Source: a virus. Taken from it: a DNA stretch of 64,000 bases. This document shows, piece by piece, positions 28,793 to 39,101 of this stretch. Under the pieces are notes generated by a model. It saw nothing but the letters and a program-made list of their open reading frames with translations. It did not search any database and had not been told where the DNA came from. Every line of letters starts with the position of its first letter. Position 1 is the stretch's first letter. The stretch covers positions 32,001 to 96,000 of IMG/VR virus record IMGVR_UViG_3300025405_000011; one strand, given 5' to 3'. The translations under genes were made by a program, and so were the position numbers.

Positions 28793-28935
28793 CTTTCTTC
28801 TGAGATTGGAACACTCTGGTGTATCATACCTGAGCTAGCTGACCAAGCAAATCCATTAAACCATACTACTTCTTCACTGGGTCTAAGTATTGGTTGTGAT
28901 ACTCTACAGTTTGCACGAATAGATTCTGACGACAT
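28765..28935 (-). CDS. Small 56-aa protein missed by the ORF track
   Basis: Hand translation MSSESIRANCRVSQPILRPSEEVVWFNGFAWSASSGMIHQSVPISEESWQQWLGTQ; AGGAG RBS; fills the gap. Confidence 0.65.
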   Translation of the reverse strand: MSSESIRANCRVSQPILRPSEEVVWFNGFAWSASSGMIHQSVPISEESWQQWLGTQ

Positions 28936-28943
28936 TTAATCTC

Positions 28944-29549
28944 CTACTTAGTTGGTGTTAATAATGACGGGAATAGAGCTGTAATTTGATCAAGATTAAT
29001 CGATAGTCCAGCTTTACTAAGACCAGTCCAACCGGGGCTAAACCCAATACCTGCAGCTATTTGATCTAGTGCTGCAGCAGTACTAGTTTGTGCTGTAATA
29101 GCATTAAAGTCTTGTTCTACTTCTAGTTGTAGCATGTAAGGATAGGTAACAGTACTAACATCCCAGCCCATCTGCATTTGGGTGACCCATACTCTAAAAC
29201 CCAAATTGGTACTGGCACTATAAGTAACTACCGGAATACTTAGAGTCATACTCTGTTGATGAGTATTCTGACTATCCTGCATAGCTTTTATATTAGTATA
29301 CATGTCTAATAGTGCTGCTCTACTACCGGCCTCTCCTTGAATAGACATAGTGCTAATTTTAACTGATACTAGTTGAGTAACACGTCCACCAATGGTATCA
29401 AATGATCTATTGTTCATTTGATATTGCCACTCAACTCCATTTACATTAAAAGGAAAGTTATAGGTTTTACCAGTAATAGCATCATACATAGTGGCAGTAC
29501 TACTCTTGGTATTATTAGTAGAATTAGTATAGCCAAGTGTATTAGACAT
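28944..29549 (-). CDS. Tail tube initiator-like minor tail protein
   Basis: Directly after the tape measure; FPFN...DTIGGRVTQL tube-like pattern. Confidence 0.65.
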   Translation of the reverse strand: MSNTLGYTNSTNNTKSSTATMYDAITGKTYNFPFNVNGVEWQYQMNNRSFDTIGGRVTQLVSVKISTMSIQGEAGSRAALLDMYTNIKAMQDSQNTHQQSMTLSIPVVTYSASTNLGFRVWVTQMQMGWDVSTVTYPYMLQLEVEQDFNAITAQTSTAAALDQIAAGIGFSPGWTGLSKAGLSINLDQITALFPSLLTPTK

Positions 29550-32305
29550 TATGCATTACTTCCGGGAGTAGGTTTGGTATTGGCACTAGCTTGTCCTGTA
29601 CTAGCTTTTTGGCCTGTATAAGTAGAGCCATTTTCTAGTTGAGTTAACCACTTTTGAGCACCTGCAGTAAGAGTAAATGTATGAGTAGAGTTATTATAGG
29701 TTAGTCCCGATACATTTTGAGAAGTAGCATATGGAGTAGCATTGGCATAGTCTTTGACTCCCTTAGAAGTTAAAAATGCACTAACACTTTGAGCTCCATA
29801 GTTTTTGGCCCCAACTCCCATACCACTAACTTGAGCTGCTCCACTGGCTAGCATTGCCATTACCTTGGATTCACCACCAAATTCCTTAATTGCATTGTCC
29901 CAGGATACTGCTTTACCATTGACTACTATTGATTTAGCACCTTGTTCTAGAGTTAGTTGTGCTGCATTTGCCCCATAGTTATAGCCCATTTCAGTGTCTC
30001 TATAGGCACCACGGAAAGCTTTACCACTATCACTCATTGTTCTGAGTGCTTGATCACGTAGAGATTGTCCAGTGTTTCCCCCATCAGGTATATATCCAGC
30101 AGTATAACCTACAACTCCTTCAGCAAGTCCTAGAGCTCCTTCAGCAATTCCCTTAACTGAATTACCAACACCCGCTGCAACTGTCTCTAGAAAACCCCCC
30201 CACCCACTGCTATGTTTATGAGCAAGATCTGTAGTCATCTTCTTTTTAGCGGCATTTGCTTTCTTTTGTGGTTGATTACTATAGAAGTTCCAGAAATATT
30301 CAGCAGCAGCCTTAGGAGTATCCATACTCTTCTTTAGGCCTACTGATTGACCAATCATCTGTAGCATTTGAGGGTTAGACCCGGACATAAACTGACCCTT
30401 GGTGAGTCCTGGTTCAATACCAGCAAAGCCTATAATTTGCATAGCAACACTTCGTTCATCTCCAAGTAGAGTGGCTCCAGCATTATTGCCCATACTGTTT
30501 AATTTTCCAGCCACTTCCATATAGCCCACACCCAGTTGCTGAGCTAGTAGTGCTGTACCCACTTGTGTATTGAGTATTTCACTTCCGTTAACTCCTTGTT
30601 GCTGTAAGAACTGATTGCCTTGACCAAACATTGCTGAACCTTGACCAAATATACCTGCAGCTGCACCATTTAATCCTATACCGGCTCCAGTTATTGCTCC
30701 GCCTTGAGCCGCTTGGTTAGTATAGGCTGTACTGGTATTGGTACCTTGCATACCGCCCAGTGCTCCACCAATCATACCGCCTACTTGGCTAAGACTCATA
30801 CCGCCTAAAATACCAGCTTGTGCATATTGCTGACTGGCTTGATTGGTTAGACCATAACGAGCGAGATTGTTTAGAGCATAAGAGACATATTGACTATTGG
30901 CATTACCTTGATAACCCAAACCCATTCCAGCCATTTGTGCTTGTACTACATCTTGTGAGCTTACAAATGGGTTGAGTCCAAATCCCGACTTAAACATAGC
31001 CTGTAGACCTAGACCCATAGCATTTTGTTGATTGTTAGCACCCGTCATACTACCATACTGTTCAGATACTTTCATAAACTGTTGTATTGGAGCCATTACT
31101 GCTCTAGCTGCATTATAGCCAAATGCAGCTACAGTAACTGCTTGTGTTAGTACTGGAATCTTATCTAGTAGAGTAAAAGCAAACTTGCCTATTGTGCCTT
31201 CTAGTCGAGAAATCATTTTTTCTTCATGTTTACCAAAAGGACTTGTACCTTTTTCAAACTTGCGTCCCACTGGCCCGACTTCTCCAGTTATAGGGTCAAC
31301 TCCTCCGTAAACAGAGTCTTCTGCAGTTTGCTGTTCACGAGCAATACGTCCAGCATAGTTTCTTAGAGTTCTACGAGCAAACTGTGCCATTAGTCCACCA
31401 CCCTGTGGACCACTAACACTACGTAGTGTTTCTTGACCGTACTTGACTAGTTCTCCAGCCGGATTAGTTATGTCCATGTTGTTCTTTTTAACTATATCAT
31501 AGACACTGGGATAGTTCTTTTTAAAGTATTCTTGGTAGGGGTTGTTGGCAGATGAGTTGTTGGGACTAACACTCAGTCTACGGTAACCGCGACTATTATA
31601 TTCATTGCTAAGGTCATCATCGTAGCCATCATCTCCACCGCCTCCACCGCCTCCACCGCCTCCTCCACTGCCACTGCCATTACCTCCAGCACCAGCACTA
31701 GCACCACCACCAGCTGTAGGAAGTCCTCCTCCAACTGTTTCAACTCGAGGACCTCTTCTGCCCCAGTTGACCACTCTTCGAGCATAACCGGCTCTATCAA
31801 TGCTTTCTGGAATACCGTTTATAGTGGTTTCTTGACGGCCTGGTAGATCGGGATTTGAGATTGAACCGGCATCAGGGTTATAGCTAGAGCCTCTGACCAT
31901 ATTGTTCATATTGCCAAATCCACCAAATGGAAGTCCATATTGACCTAGTGTACTAAGCACTTGGTTTCCATTAACACCTAGACTACGAGCGGCTGTTAAA
32001 AGTTCACGAATACTATTGACTGCATTAGAGAGAGCAGCAGAGTTAGACTGATTGAGAGAGACAATGCTTTCCATTACAGTCTTTATATCTTGACCAAGGC
32101 CCACTTCATCTTCAAGTGCAGCCTTAAACTTGATTAGACGTTCAATACTATTGTCAATGGCATTAGGAATAGCCTCTAGGTCTTTTCTAAGTTCATTAGC
32201 AATAGTGCCACTGGTTCTTAGGCCTGATTCAAGAGCGTTAGTATTACCATCTACCTCAAGATAGATGCGTTCAGTCTGATCACCTCTACCGGGAATATCA
32301 ACCAT
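29549..32305 (-). CDS. Tape measure protein
   Basis: 918 aa, A/G/Q/M-rich helical protein following the frameshifted chaperone pair. Confidence 0.8.
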   Translation of the reverse strand: MVDIPGRGDQTERIYLEVDGNTNALESGLRTSGTIANELRKDLEAIPNAIDNSIERLIKFKAALEDEVGLGQDIKTVMESIVSLNQSNSAALSNAVNSIRELLTAARSLGVNGNQVLSTLGQYGLPFGGFGNMNNMVRGSSYNPDAGSISNPDLPGRQETTINGIPESIDRAGYARRVVNWGRRGPRVETVGGGLPTAGGGASAGAGGNGSGSGGGGGGGGGGGDDGYDDDLSNEYNSRGYRRLSVSPNNSSANNPYQEYFKKNYPSVYDIVKKNNMDITNPAGELVKYGQETLRSVSGPQGGGLMAQFARRTLRNYAGRIAREQQTAEDSVYGGVDPITGEVGPVGRKFEKGTSPFGKHEEKMISRLEGTIGKFAFTLLDKIPVLTQAVTVAAFGYNAARAVMAPIQQFMKVSEQYGSMTGANNQQNAMGLGLQAMFKSGFGLNPFVSSQDVVQAQMAGMGLGYQGNANSQYVSYALNNLARYGLTNQASQQYAQAGILGGMSLSQVGGMIGGALGGMQGTNTSTAYTNQAAQGGAITGAGIGLNGAAAGIFGQGSAMFGQGNQFLQQQGVNGSEILNTQVGTALLAQQLGVGYMEVAGKLNSMGNNAGATLLGDERSVAMQIIGFAGIEPGLTKGQFMSGSNPQMLQMIGQSVGLKKSMDTPKAAAEYFWNFYSNQPQKKANAAKKKMTTDLAHKHSSGWGGFLETVAAGVGNSVKGIAEGALGLAEGVVGYTAGYIPDGGNTGQSLRDQALRTMSDSGKAFRGAYRDTEMGYNYGANAAQLTLEQGAKSIVVNGKAVSWDNAIKEFGGESKVMAMLASGAAQVSGMGVGAKNYGAQSVSAFLTSKGVKDYANATPYATSQNVSGLTYNNSTHTFTLTAGAQKWLTQLENGSTYTGQKASTGQASANTKPTPGSNA

Positions 32306-32708
32306 CTAAGTCTTCTCCAAACTTCTCTAGATCTAGATCAGGTAATAACTGTGTTGTTTCTACTTGACCAATATAGTTTTGTATTGAAGTTTCAGTTGTT
32401 TCTTCTCGTCGATTAATTCTTTCGACTTCAGAATCCATTCGTGCAAATAGTTTTTCAAGTTCACGAGCTTCTTCAATACTTTCAGGAGCACCCCAGAGTA
32501 CTCCTTCATTTTCTTGTGTTTCTTCTTGTCTCTTTTTCCAGTCCTGATAGAGTTCTGGCTGAGAAACCATAAAGTTATTTTCGAATCTCATCTCTTCTAA
32601 CTCTACTTCTTCTCTTCTCTTCTTAGAGAGATATAGTATTAGTAACTTTTCTTGGACCTCTCCAAGTTCAGTTCCAGAGAGTAGTCCTCGTTCATATGCC
32701 AATTCCAT
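32298..32708 (-). CDS. Tail assembly chaperone, post-frameshift portion (gpT-like)
   Basis: Open in the -1 frame from the slippery site at 32741-32747. Confidence 0.75.
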   Translation of the reverse strand: MELAYERGLLSGTELGEVQEKLLILYLSKKRREEVELEEMRFENNFMVSQPELYQDWKKRQEETQENEGVLWGAPESIEEARELEKLFARMDSEVERINRREETTETSIQNYIGQVETTQLLPDLDLEKFGEDLDG

Positions 32709-32728
32709 ATGGAACTGTACGTAGGGGT

Positions 32729-33253
32729 CTACTTCCCACCTTTTGGGGTATCAATACCTTCATCATTATCTTCGAAGACATTTATTACTGGTGGGAGCTC
32801 TAGGATTCCTAACTCTTCTAACACTAGTACCACTTGATTCTCTAGGTCATCAATGGCATCAAATAGTATATCTGTTACTGCATCATACCAGTTGTTAATG
32901 ACATATTCATACTTTTGTCTTACTACATTTGTATTTCTATTGGTTGCAATCAGTGGCTTATGATCTACTGAAACTAGTCCTGCTGCTACTATAGCTGCTT
33001 TATAGGCTCTAGCGTATCCGATCGAGTCCATATAAGGTTTGCTTAGTAAAGACACTTCTAGTTTTTCGTTGACTGTAAGTGTTCTAACTACAAAGTGGTG
33101 GAATGGAATTTGAGTTATTTCTTTTTGAAGGTATCCTAGGTATAGGAGTCCTTCGAACTCATTTTTCCATTCATCAGGGAAACTGGTGCTATTGTTGGAA
33201 TCCTGAGCAGTGGTATTAGCATCTGCCCAGGATTCCCCATTGTTAATAGTCAT
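32729..33253 (-). CDS. Tail assembly chaperone (gpG-like)
   Basis: GLLYLGYL...H.F..RTL...E; located between tube and tape measure. Confidence 0.8.
   Translation of the reverse strand: MTINNGESWADANTTAQDSNNSTSFPDEWKNEFEGLLYLGYLQKEITQIPFHHFVVRTLTVNEKLEVSLLSKPYMDSIGYARAYKAAIVAAGLVSVDHKPLIATNRNTNVVRQKYEYVINNWYDAVTDILFDAIDDLENQVVLVLEELGILELPPVINVFEDNDEGIDTPKGGK
32741..32747 (-). other. Programmed -1 frameshift slippery site C CCA AAA
   Basis: In-frame X XXY YYZ heptamer three codons before TAG; the -1 frame reads PKRWEVDPYVQFHMELAY into the next ORF. Confidence 0.8.
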
Positions 33254-33328
33254 TCTAACTCTCTCAGGTTCAGGACGAATAAAACGTCTATCTGATTATA
33301 TATACTTAATTACTAAAAGCTATTGATA

Positions 33329-34255
33329 CTAGTTCTTGTTAAGGAAACGGTTGTAAGGCTTCTTGACCTTACTTACACTACGAATGTCAGCTTGTACAAA
33401 TCCTGCACTAGTTGCAGTAAGAGCAGTACCGAATGTATTGTTGGCAAGAGCACTACCGGTAACTGTATTGTTACTAGCAACCACTACTGCAGTAGCAGGT
33501 TGTGCTTTAGCTTGTCCAAAATTACTAGTGTCTACACTAAGTGCATTACCGGCAGCAACTACACTAGAGCCTACATTGACCTGAGGGCAGAATCCTTCTG
33601 TTTGAATCCAACTAAATTGACCATCTGATGTAGAGTTGACTGCAACTCCAGCAAAACCACCCTGTGGTGTTATAGACTGAGTGTATTCTCCGGTCACTGT
33701 ATTGACTACATAAGGGGTTCCTTGACCGTCTTCTTTGACAACATAGTTTGCAGCAATGCCTGATGAAGTCTTAATTGCAATACCGTTAGACTCATCAAAC
33801 CATACCACTACATCACCAGCAGACCAGCCACCATCACAGTAGACTAGTACATAACGCTCTTGTGCAGGTCCTGTAAGACTCTTGAGCCCATTAGTGGCTC
33901 CAAGATAGAATTGATTGTCATTTGCTGTACCTGTAAGTCCAGTACCGGCAGCACCTTGACCAGCAAAACCAGCAATGTTAAGCTGAGCATCTGCAAGAGT
34001 AGCATAGTTCTGATTTAGTATATCAGCAAATGTAGGATTAGACGAAGATGTCTGAGCAGCATAGTTAGGTGTAGCTACACCATCTGCTTGTACTGAGACA
34101 ACTTGGATGACATTTTGACGAGCACCATTCGAGATTTTCTCGAAAGTCTCCCAGTCAATGACGTATTGTACTCCAGGGAGCATTTTACGGTGGTCAGGAA
34201 GGATGGCTTGGCCAATTCCTGGCTGTAATTGTACGATAAATGAACGAGCGGGCAT
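33329..34255 (-). CDS. Virion structural protein, capsid-cement-like C-terminal domain
   Basis: GVAV......FSWIQTEG...VAAGNAL...FGTALTA pattern; in the tail operon. Confidence 0.5.
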   Translation of the reverse strand: MPARSFIVQLQPGIGQAILPDHRKMLPGVQYVIDWETFEKISNGARQNVIQVVSVQADGVATPNYAAQTSSSNPTFADILNQNYATLADAQLNIAGFAGQGAAGTGLTGTANDNQFYLGATNGLKSLTGPAQERYVLVYCDGGWSAGDVVVWFDESNGIAIKTSSGIAANYVVKEDGQGTPYVVNTVTGEYTQSITPQGGFAGVAVNSTSDGQFSWIQTEGFCPQVNVGSSVVAAGNALSVDTSNFGQAKAQPATAVVVASNNTVTGSALANNTFGTALTATSAGFVQADIRSVSKVKKPYNRFLNKN

Positions 34256-34280
34256 TTTGATTCCTTTTCTTTAATAAATA

Positions 34281-34787
34281 TTATTGGGGAAGAACTTCTG
34301 TTCTCTGTGTATACATTAGTGTAATGGACTTCGGTATAGTCATCGTACCGATTTGAATCATTTCATCAATTGTAACATTTTGGACTATACATCCAGCATA
34401 GTTAATTAGTCTCTGTCCACCACCAGGAATGGTGATAACTTTCTGACATGAGACTGGTCCTTTGGACAGCTGTGCTCGGTAAACACCCAAAAGGTCACTA
34501 GCAGTGTAGAAAGGGTTTGTAGTATCACCCAGGGCTAGTTCTGCCCACACTTCTGTAATCCACTGTTCATAGAAAGTAAGTTCAATAGTACCGGCTTGGA
34601 GTGCAGCTGGAAGTGCAATTTCAATTGGATACGGTTCATTCAATGGTTGAATAGGTGTAGCCTGAGCAACTGGCTGTGGAGCAGTCTCTCTGATCATCTG
34701 GCAGTAAGCTAGAACTTGATTGTTGTATTTGAAAGCTGTATAGCCTCCACCTACGCGGAAAGTTGATTGTGGTTTATTTGTAGCCAT
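34281..34787 (-). CDS. Tail tube protein
   Basis: 168 aa right after the sheath; RVGGG..F...IQPL.E.YP.EI..P.A..AGT. Confidence 0.85.
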   Translation of the reverse strand: MATNKPQSTFRVGGGYTAFKYNNQVLAYCQMIRETAPQPVAQATPIQPLNEPYPIEIALPAALQAGTIELTFYEQWITEVWAELALGDTTNPFYTASDLLGVYRAQLSKGPVSCQKVITIPGGGQRLINYAGCIVQNVTIDEMIQIGTMTIPKSITLMYTQRTEVLPQ

Positions 34788-34795
34788 TTAATCTC

Positions 34796-36316
34796 CTAGG
34801 CAGTAGTGTAATTCGAACTTAGAGTACCTGTAGTAGTCAGCTGACCAGTGTTAGGGTTAAGACTCAGAGTTACATCGATGTAGTTAATTGGATAAGTTGG
34901 AGCATACTGGAATGTAATATAGATGGTGGTAGGATTAGGGTTTCCTGTAGTAGCAGTTAAGTTTTGGTAAGCCTGGATTAGTCCAGTCTGTACACTACTA
35001 ATTAGTTGGTTCTGTACGATACCTTGTGCTCCTGCAAAAGTCTGTGCAGTAAGTGGAGCACCGATAAGTCCACTACTAATTAAAGCTGCTTGAATGTTGT
35101 CGGCCAGTACGTCCCCGATGGCATTAATTGAAATTTCTTGTGTTAACCAGTTGCTAGTGTTAGTAGTTAGACCTTGCTGAACATACATATTGCCATTTCT
35201 ACGCTGTCTAATGACACATAGACCATTGGCTTGGTAGATACTGGTTGAGTCAACTGCACTAACCTGATTAGGCACTGCAGTAAATCCAAATACTTGCTTA
35301 TTAGTAATAGGAGTAGCAACACTAGGTTGACCTACAAATAGACCGGCTAGAGCAGCAGCCCCATAGCATCCGGCAATATTAATAAGTGTATTGGATAGAC
35401 CTGTAGTGGCATTTAAACCCGGGTTATAGGTAAGTGAACCTGGATAAGCTATACTAACTCTACTATTACTAAAAGCTGTAGCAAATGCTACAACTGCAGT
35501 AGAAGTGAGATTGTTAGCAGTTCCATCAATTCCAATAAAGAATCTTTGATATATTCCATTGTTAAATTGTGCAGTTAGATAACTGGTAATACCTGTAGAG
35601 ACTGCATCACTACTGTAAGTTACTACACCGGCACTAGTAGAGAATGGATAGGTAGGAACAACTACATCTACTCCCACCTGGTTATTTAGATAAGTTTCAT
35701 CACTACCGGTATTGCTGGTAGTAAGTGTACGAGACCAGTCACTGGTACTAGCGGTAGAACCCACAGTAATTCCATTGTAACTACTGGCTCGAGCAACTGG
35801 AAGTACAGTTACACTTGCTGCTCCATTAAGGAATGCAAGATAACTAGCTAGACTGGCTTGAGAAGAAACATTAGTTCCACTAACAGCAGGACCAAAAGCA
35901 GTACTTACTGCATTATAGTTAGTGTAAGTACCATATCCACCAAATGAGTGTTGATAGTTAAAGGTTGTAGTACCACTAATAGCGGGGCCACTGAACCCTG
36001 AAGTAGTGTAGATGGCAGTATAGATACCGGTTGGATTAGCACTACCATCTGAGTTGCATCGAACTGTACTAAAGTTTACACCGTTGGTACCAGTAATGGT
36101 AGAAGTGTAAGCAGTAATGGTACCTGAATTAACGAGTGGGGTACTGAGAACTCCGACTAGGGAACCACTGACAGCTACGTAAGTATCTGTATCATAGCCG
36201 CTCACTGTACTATCTGCTAGAATACAGATATTAAGTGTAGCATTACTTACAGAGACAAAAGAAGAGCCAGATTGGGTTACATAAACCCCTGGAGTCTGAT
36301 AATTAGAAATGGGCAT
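34796..36316 (-). CDS. Tail sheath protein
   Basis: YQTPGVYV, FGPA, AF.NGA, C-terminal FQYAPTYPINYI. Confidence 0.92.
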   Translation of the reverse strand: MPISNYQTPGVYVTQSGSSFVSVSNATLNICILADSTVSGYDTDTYVAVSGSLVGVLSTPLVNSGTITAYTSTITGTNGVNFSTVRCNSDGSANPTGIYTAIYTTSGFSGPAISGTTTFNYQHSFGGYGTYTNYNAVSTAFGPAVSGTNVSSQASLASYLAFLNGAASVTVLPVARASSYNGITVGSTASTSDWSRTLTTSNTGSDETYLNNQVGVDVVVPTYPFSTSAGVVTYSSDAVSTGITSYLTAQFNNGIYQRFFIGIDGTANNLTSTAVVAFATAFSNSRVSIAYPGSLTYNPGLNATTGLSNTLINIAGCYGAAALAGLFVGQPSVATPITNKQVFGFTAVPNQVSAVDSTSIYQANGLCVIRQRRNGNMYVQQGLTTNTSNWLTQEISINAIGDVLADNIQAALISSGLIGAPLTAQTFAGAQGIVQNQLISSVQTGLIQAYQNLTATTGNPNPTTIYITFQYAPTYPINYIDVTLSLNPNTGQLTTTGTLSSNYTTA

Positions 36317-36362
36317 AACTTCTCCTTCGTTACAATGTTGTGTTGACTAATAAGTTACAATG

Positions 36363-36977
36363 TTAAATACTGGGAATCTGTGGAGTTACCATAGTACCAC
36401 TGGCTACAATAGAAGATATAGATAGAAGACCATAGTTATACTTGTCTTCATAAAACTGGCCAACACACTTGATTCGAACACTGGCCTCGTAAGTCAACTC
36501 CTCAGGACTAAAAGGAGTTCCAGGACTAACTGTATCTCCAAGGGGTATTACAGTGTCAGGGAGTAAAGTTAATCCCACTAGATCATTAGAGTCTATGTGA
36601 TTATAGAATACATCTGAAGCTATAGAACCGGGACCCATTAGAACTAGGTTGGTAATTGCATCCCATAGCTTGTCTCGTTCTTCTGAGTGCATAGCCATAA
36701 TTTGTAAGTCTATGCTACCTTCAAAATAACCTGCACGATAGTTTATCCAATCAGCACCACTGGGTAGATATTGATCTGGCATTAGTCCAGTCCATTGTAC
36801 TTTTTCTGGTCTAAACTGTACAAAAATTGCAGGCCATGCTACTTCTTCTAGAGGATATTCAATGGTAACACTATTGGGCACTAGCTCCAGCCCGGTATTG
36901 CTAGGGGAACTAGAGATCTGTTGAAATCCTGCAATTAATGCTTCTACAATGGCAGTTTTAGTGGCGGTAATAAACAT
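36363..36977 (-). CDS. Tail terminator / completion protein
   Basis: IEYP....WPAI.V...SEERD; immediately upstream of the sheath. Confidence 0.7.
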   Translation of the reverse strand: MFITATKTAIVEALIAGFQQISSSPSNTGLELVPNSVTIEYPLEEVAWPAIFVQFRPEKVQWTGLMPDQYLPSGADWINYRAGYFEGSIDLQIMAMHSEERDKLWDAITNLVLMGPGSIASDVFYNHIDSNDLVGLTLLPDTVIPLGDTVSPGTPFSPEELTYEASVRIKCVGQFYEDKYNYGLLSISSIVASGTMVTPQIPSI

Positions 36978-37474
36978 TATTGAGGTCCTAGTAGGTTATT
37001 TACAGCATCTTTTGCATCACTATCTCTAAGCATACGAATGGTACTAGAATAGGTTAGTCCATTCTTCCATTCGGCAACTGCCATATTTACAGCTTTTTCA
37101 ATAAAACCCATTGGAGCTTCTCCCGGGTGAACCCACTGTACTTTAGAGCTAATGAGTTGACCCTGATTGGTTCGAGTGATTACTTTCTTTTGGCCTATAG
37201 TACTAGCACTCGCTCTACGAAAAGCTATACTACCGTCACTATTTCTAATCGGGATTACTTTTCCAGCTAGTCCAGTCATGGCATAAGGGTCCATACCCTT
37301 ATCTTCATAGTACATATAGGCTACATCTTGGGGTATGTCTATACCGACCATGCCATCATCTGATATAGGTACTAGTCTAGAAGCACCCTTACCACTCTTT
37401 TTGGGAGCAAACAATTGAACAAGTTCTCCAGCTCTACGAGAAATACTGAAAGTAACTGAACTAGGAAGTTTCAT
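36977..37474 (-). CDS. Neck / tail-completion protein
   Basis: APKKSG...E.G..P...WVHPG.....FIEKA, resembling HK97 gp10-type proteins. Confidence 0.6.
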   Translation of the reverse strand: MKLPSSVTFSISRRAGELVQLFAPKKSGKGASRLVPISDDGMVGIDIPQDVAYMYYEDKGMDPYAMTGLAGKVIPIRNSDGSIAFRRASASTIGQKKVITRTNQGQLISSKVQWVHPGEAPMGFIEKAVNMAVAEWKNGLTYSSTIRMLRDSDAKDAVNNLLGPQ

Positions 37475-38233
37475 TTAGATCACCGGAACCGAATAGTAAG
37501 GATGTCCAGGCCAAAGATTCTCTAGGGTTGCTGTTTGATTTACTATAATGGTAGTATTGGTATAAGGTTGTGACCCTACTCTATACGGGTATTGAGCACT
37601 AGGACCAGGACCAGTTCTAATAGTTACGGGACTAACCGCACTAACTTGAAAACGAGTAGAAGTAGCAGTAGCAGTATTGCCATTCCAACTTTCCACTCGA
37701 GTGACTAGATCACCGGTTCTAATCTGAGGATACCAAGAAAACTGCACTTGAGGGTTTTGTTGCCAAAATTGACCAGTAGAGAGATTTTTACGAACATCTG
37801 GAGTATCACTAGCCAGCATATATAGATGATAGGCTACCGGTTGAAATCCACCAGTAAAAGTAGTGCCGTAACAAGCGGGACAATAGCTATTGCCACTCTG
37901 ACGATAGACTTTACTAACTCGTGCTTGAATTGCTGGATTAGGCATGGTAGGGTTGGGACTATCTTGACATTCTTGACAGTAAGTGACCAATCCTGCAGCA
38001 GCATCTTCAGCACGCCAAAGCAAACGAACTATACACTCTTCTCCAAACCATTGTAGAGTTTCATCATGAAATCTTTGCTGGTCTACCTGTGTCCAATTTT
38101 CTCTCTGCTTGATTACTAGTAGAGGACTCTCCACTTGATAAGATAGAGTTTGAACAGGTGGTGTTGGAGGTATTACTGGACCCGGTTGTGGGTCAATTGG
38201 GCTTAGAGCGGGGTCTACCCAATTTGTAGACAC
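37475..38233 (-). CDS. Head-tail joining (stopper) protein with Zn-finger
   Basis: CQEC...CPACYGTTFTGGF...P.IRTGDL. Confidence 0.7.
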   Translation of the reverse strand: MSTNWVDPALSPIDPQPGPVIPPTPPVQTLSYQVESPLLVIKQRENWTQVDQQRFHDETLQWFGEECIVRLLWRAEDAAAGLVTYCQECQDSPNPTMPNPAIQARVSKVYRQSGNSYCPACYGTTFTGGFQPVAYHLYMLASDTPDVRKNLSTGQFWQQNPQVQFSWYPQIRTGDLVTRVESWNGNTATATSTRFQVSAVSPVTIRTGPGPSAQYPYRVGSQPYTNTTIIVNQTATLENLWPGHPYYSVPVI

Positions 38234-39099
38234 TACATACCACCCATGTTTACAGCAGCATACTGGAAGTGAGGACGAGCTGGGTTAACAAACATACGAG
38301 GAATAAGTCCTCCAGCAACAAGTAGACTTCTCTTGGAACCGACCATAAACCAACGCTTCATTTGTCGCAGTTGCTTGTCAGCAATCTCTTTTTCAAAAGT
38401 ATAGAGACTCCACCAACGGTTATAGTAATCTCTACGATCCATCCAAGCGGCAGTCATACCTTGAGGAGTTGGCTGTTCAATGTAGTTACGAGCAATATGT
38501 TTGATAAAGTGAGCATAGGTTTGGGTAGCCAATACTCCATAGTACTGGATGGGCCATGGAGCCATTGCATTAATACCCACTTCATAGGCTGGTTGAAATA
38601 CCGGCTGGAATTCATAGTTACAATAATCCATGACTTCTGTAGACATTAAGAATGCTGTATCTTCATACATAGCAAACCCACTTTGCTGTAGTTCTTGTAA
38701 GTAAGGACCACCACTAGTAGAATCAAAACTTCGGTCTAGTCTATGAACGATACCGGTAACTAGTTCTTGTTGTTCAGTGGTGAGATTTTGCCAATAGGGC
38801 ATCTGACCACTAACAATATAGTAGTCTTCATAGTATCTGACTACTCCATTGACATAATAAGTCCAGAATACTGTATAGTTGTCTTCTACTGAAGTTTGAG
38901 TAGAGTCTAGCATATAGTTATATACACCGGTACTCTCTCGTGTAGCCAGAGTGCCACTGGGCACTAGAACAGTATTATTGTTGGTATTGGTAATGGTTAG
39001 AGTAACTGAGTCAGCATCTGGGTCAGTGAGTACTCCATTTACATAGATCATAATACCTACGGGTTCAACCGCATATTGAGGGATTGGACGTACTCTCAT
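38233..39099 (-). CDS. Head-tail adaptor (neck) protein with N-terminal Ig-like domain
   Basis: RESTGVY.Y Ig-like N-terminus; FDS..GGP.LQ and DRRDY..RW motifs, as I recall from Bxz1-like neck proteins. Confidence 0.7.
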   Translation of the reverse strand: MRVRPIPQYAVEPVGIMIYVNGVLTDPDADSVTLTITNTNNNTVLVPSGTLATRESTGVYNYMLDSTQTSVEDNYTVFWTYYVNGVVRYYEDYYIVSGQMPYWQNLTTEQQELVTGIVHRLDRSFDSTSGGPYLQELQQSGFAMYEDTAFLMSTEVMDYCNYEFQPVFQPAYEVGINAMAPWPIQYYGVLATQTYAHFIKHIARNYIEQPTPQGMTAAWMDRRDYYNRWWSLYTFEKEIADKQLRQMKRWFMVGSKRSLLVAGGLIPRMFVNPARPHFQYAAVNMGGM

Positions 39100-39101
39100 T
39101 T

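Noticed and set aside
31630-31720. CCACCGCCT-type short tandem repeat in the tape measure gene as a phase-variation tract
   Set aside because: Unit length is a multiple of three and it simply encodes a poly-Gly linker.
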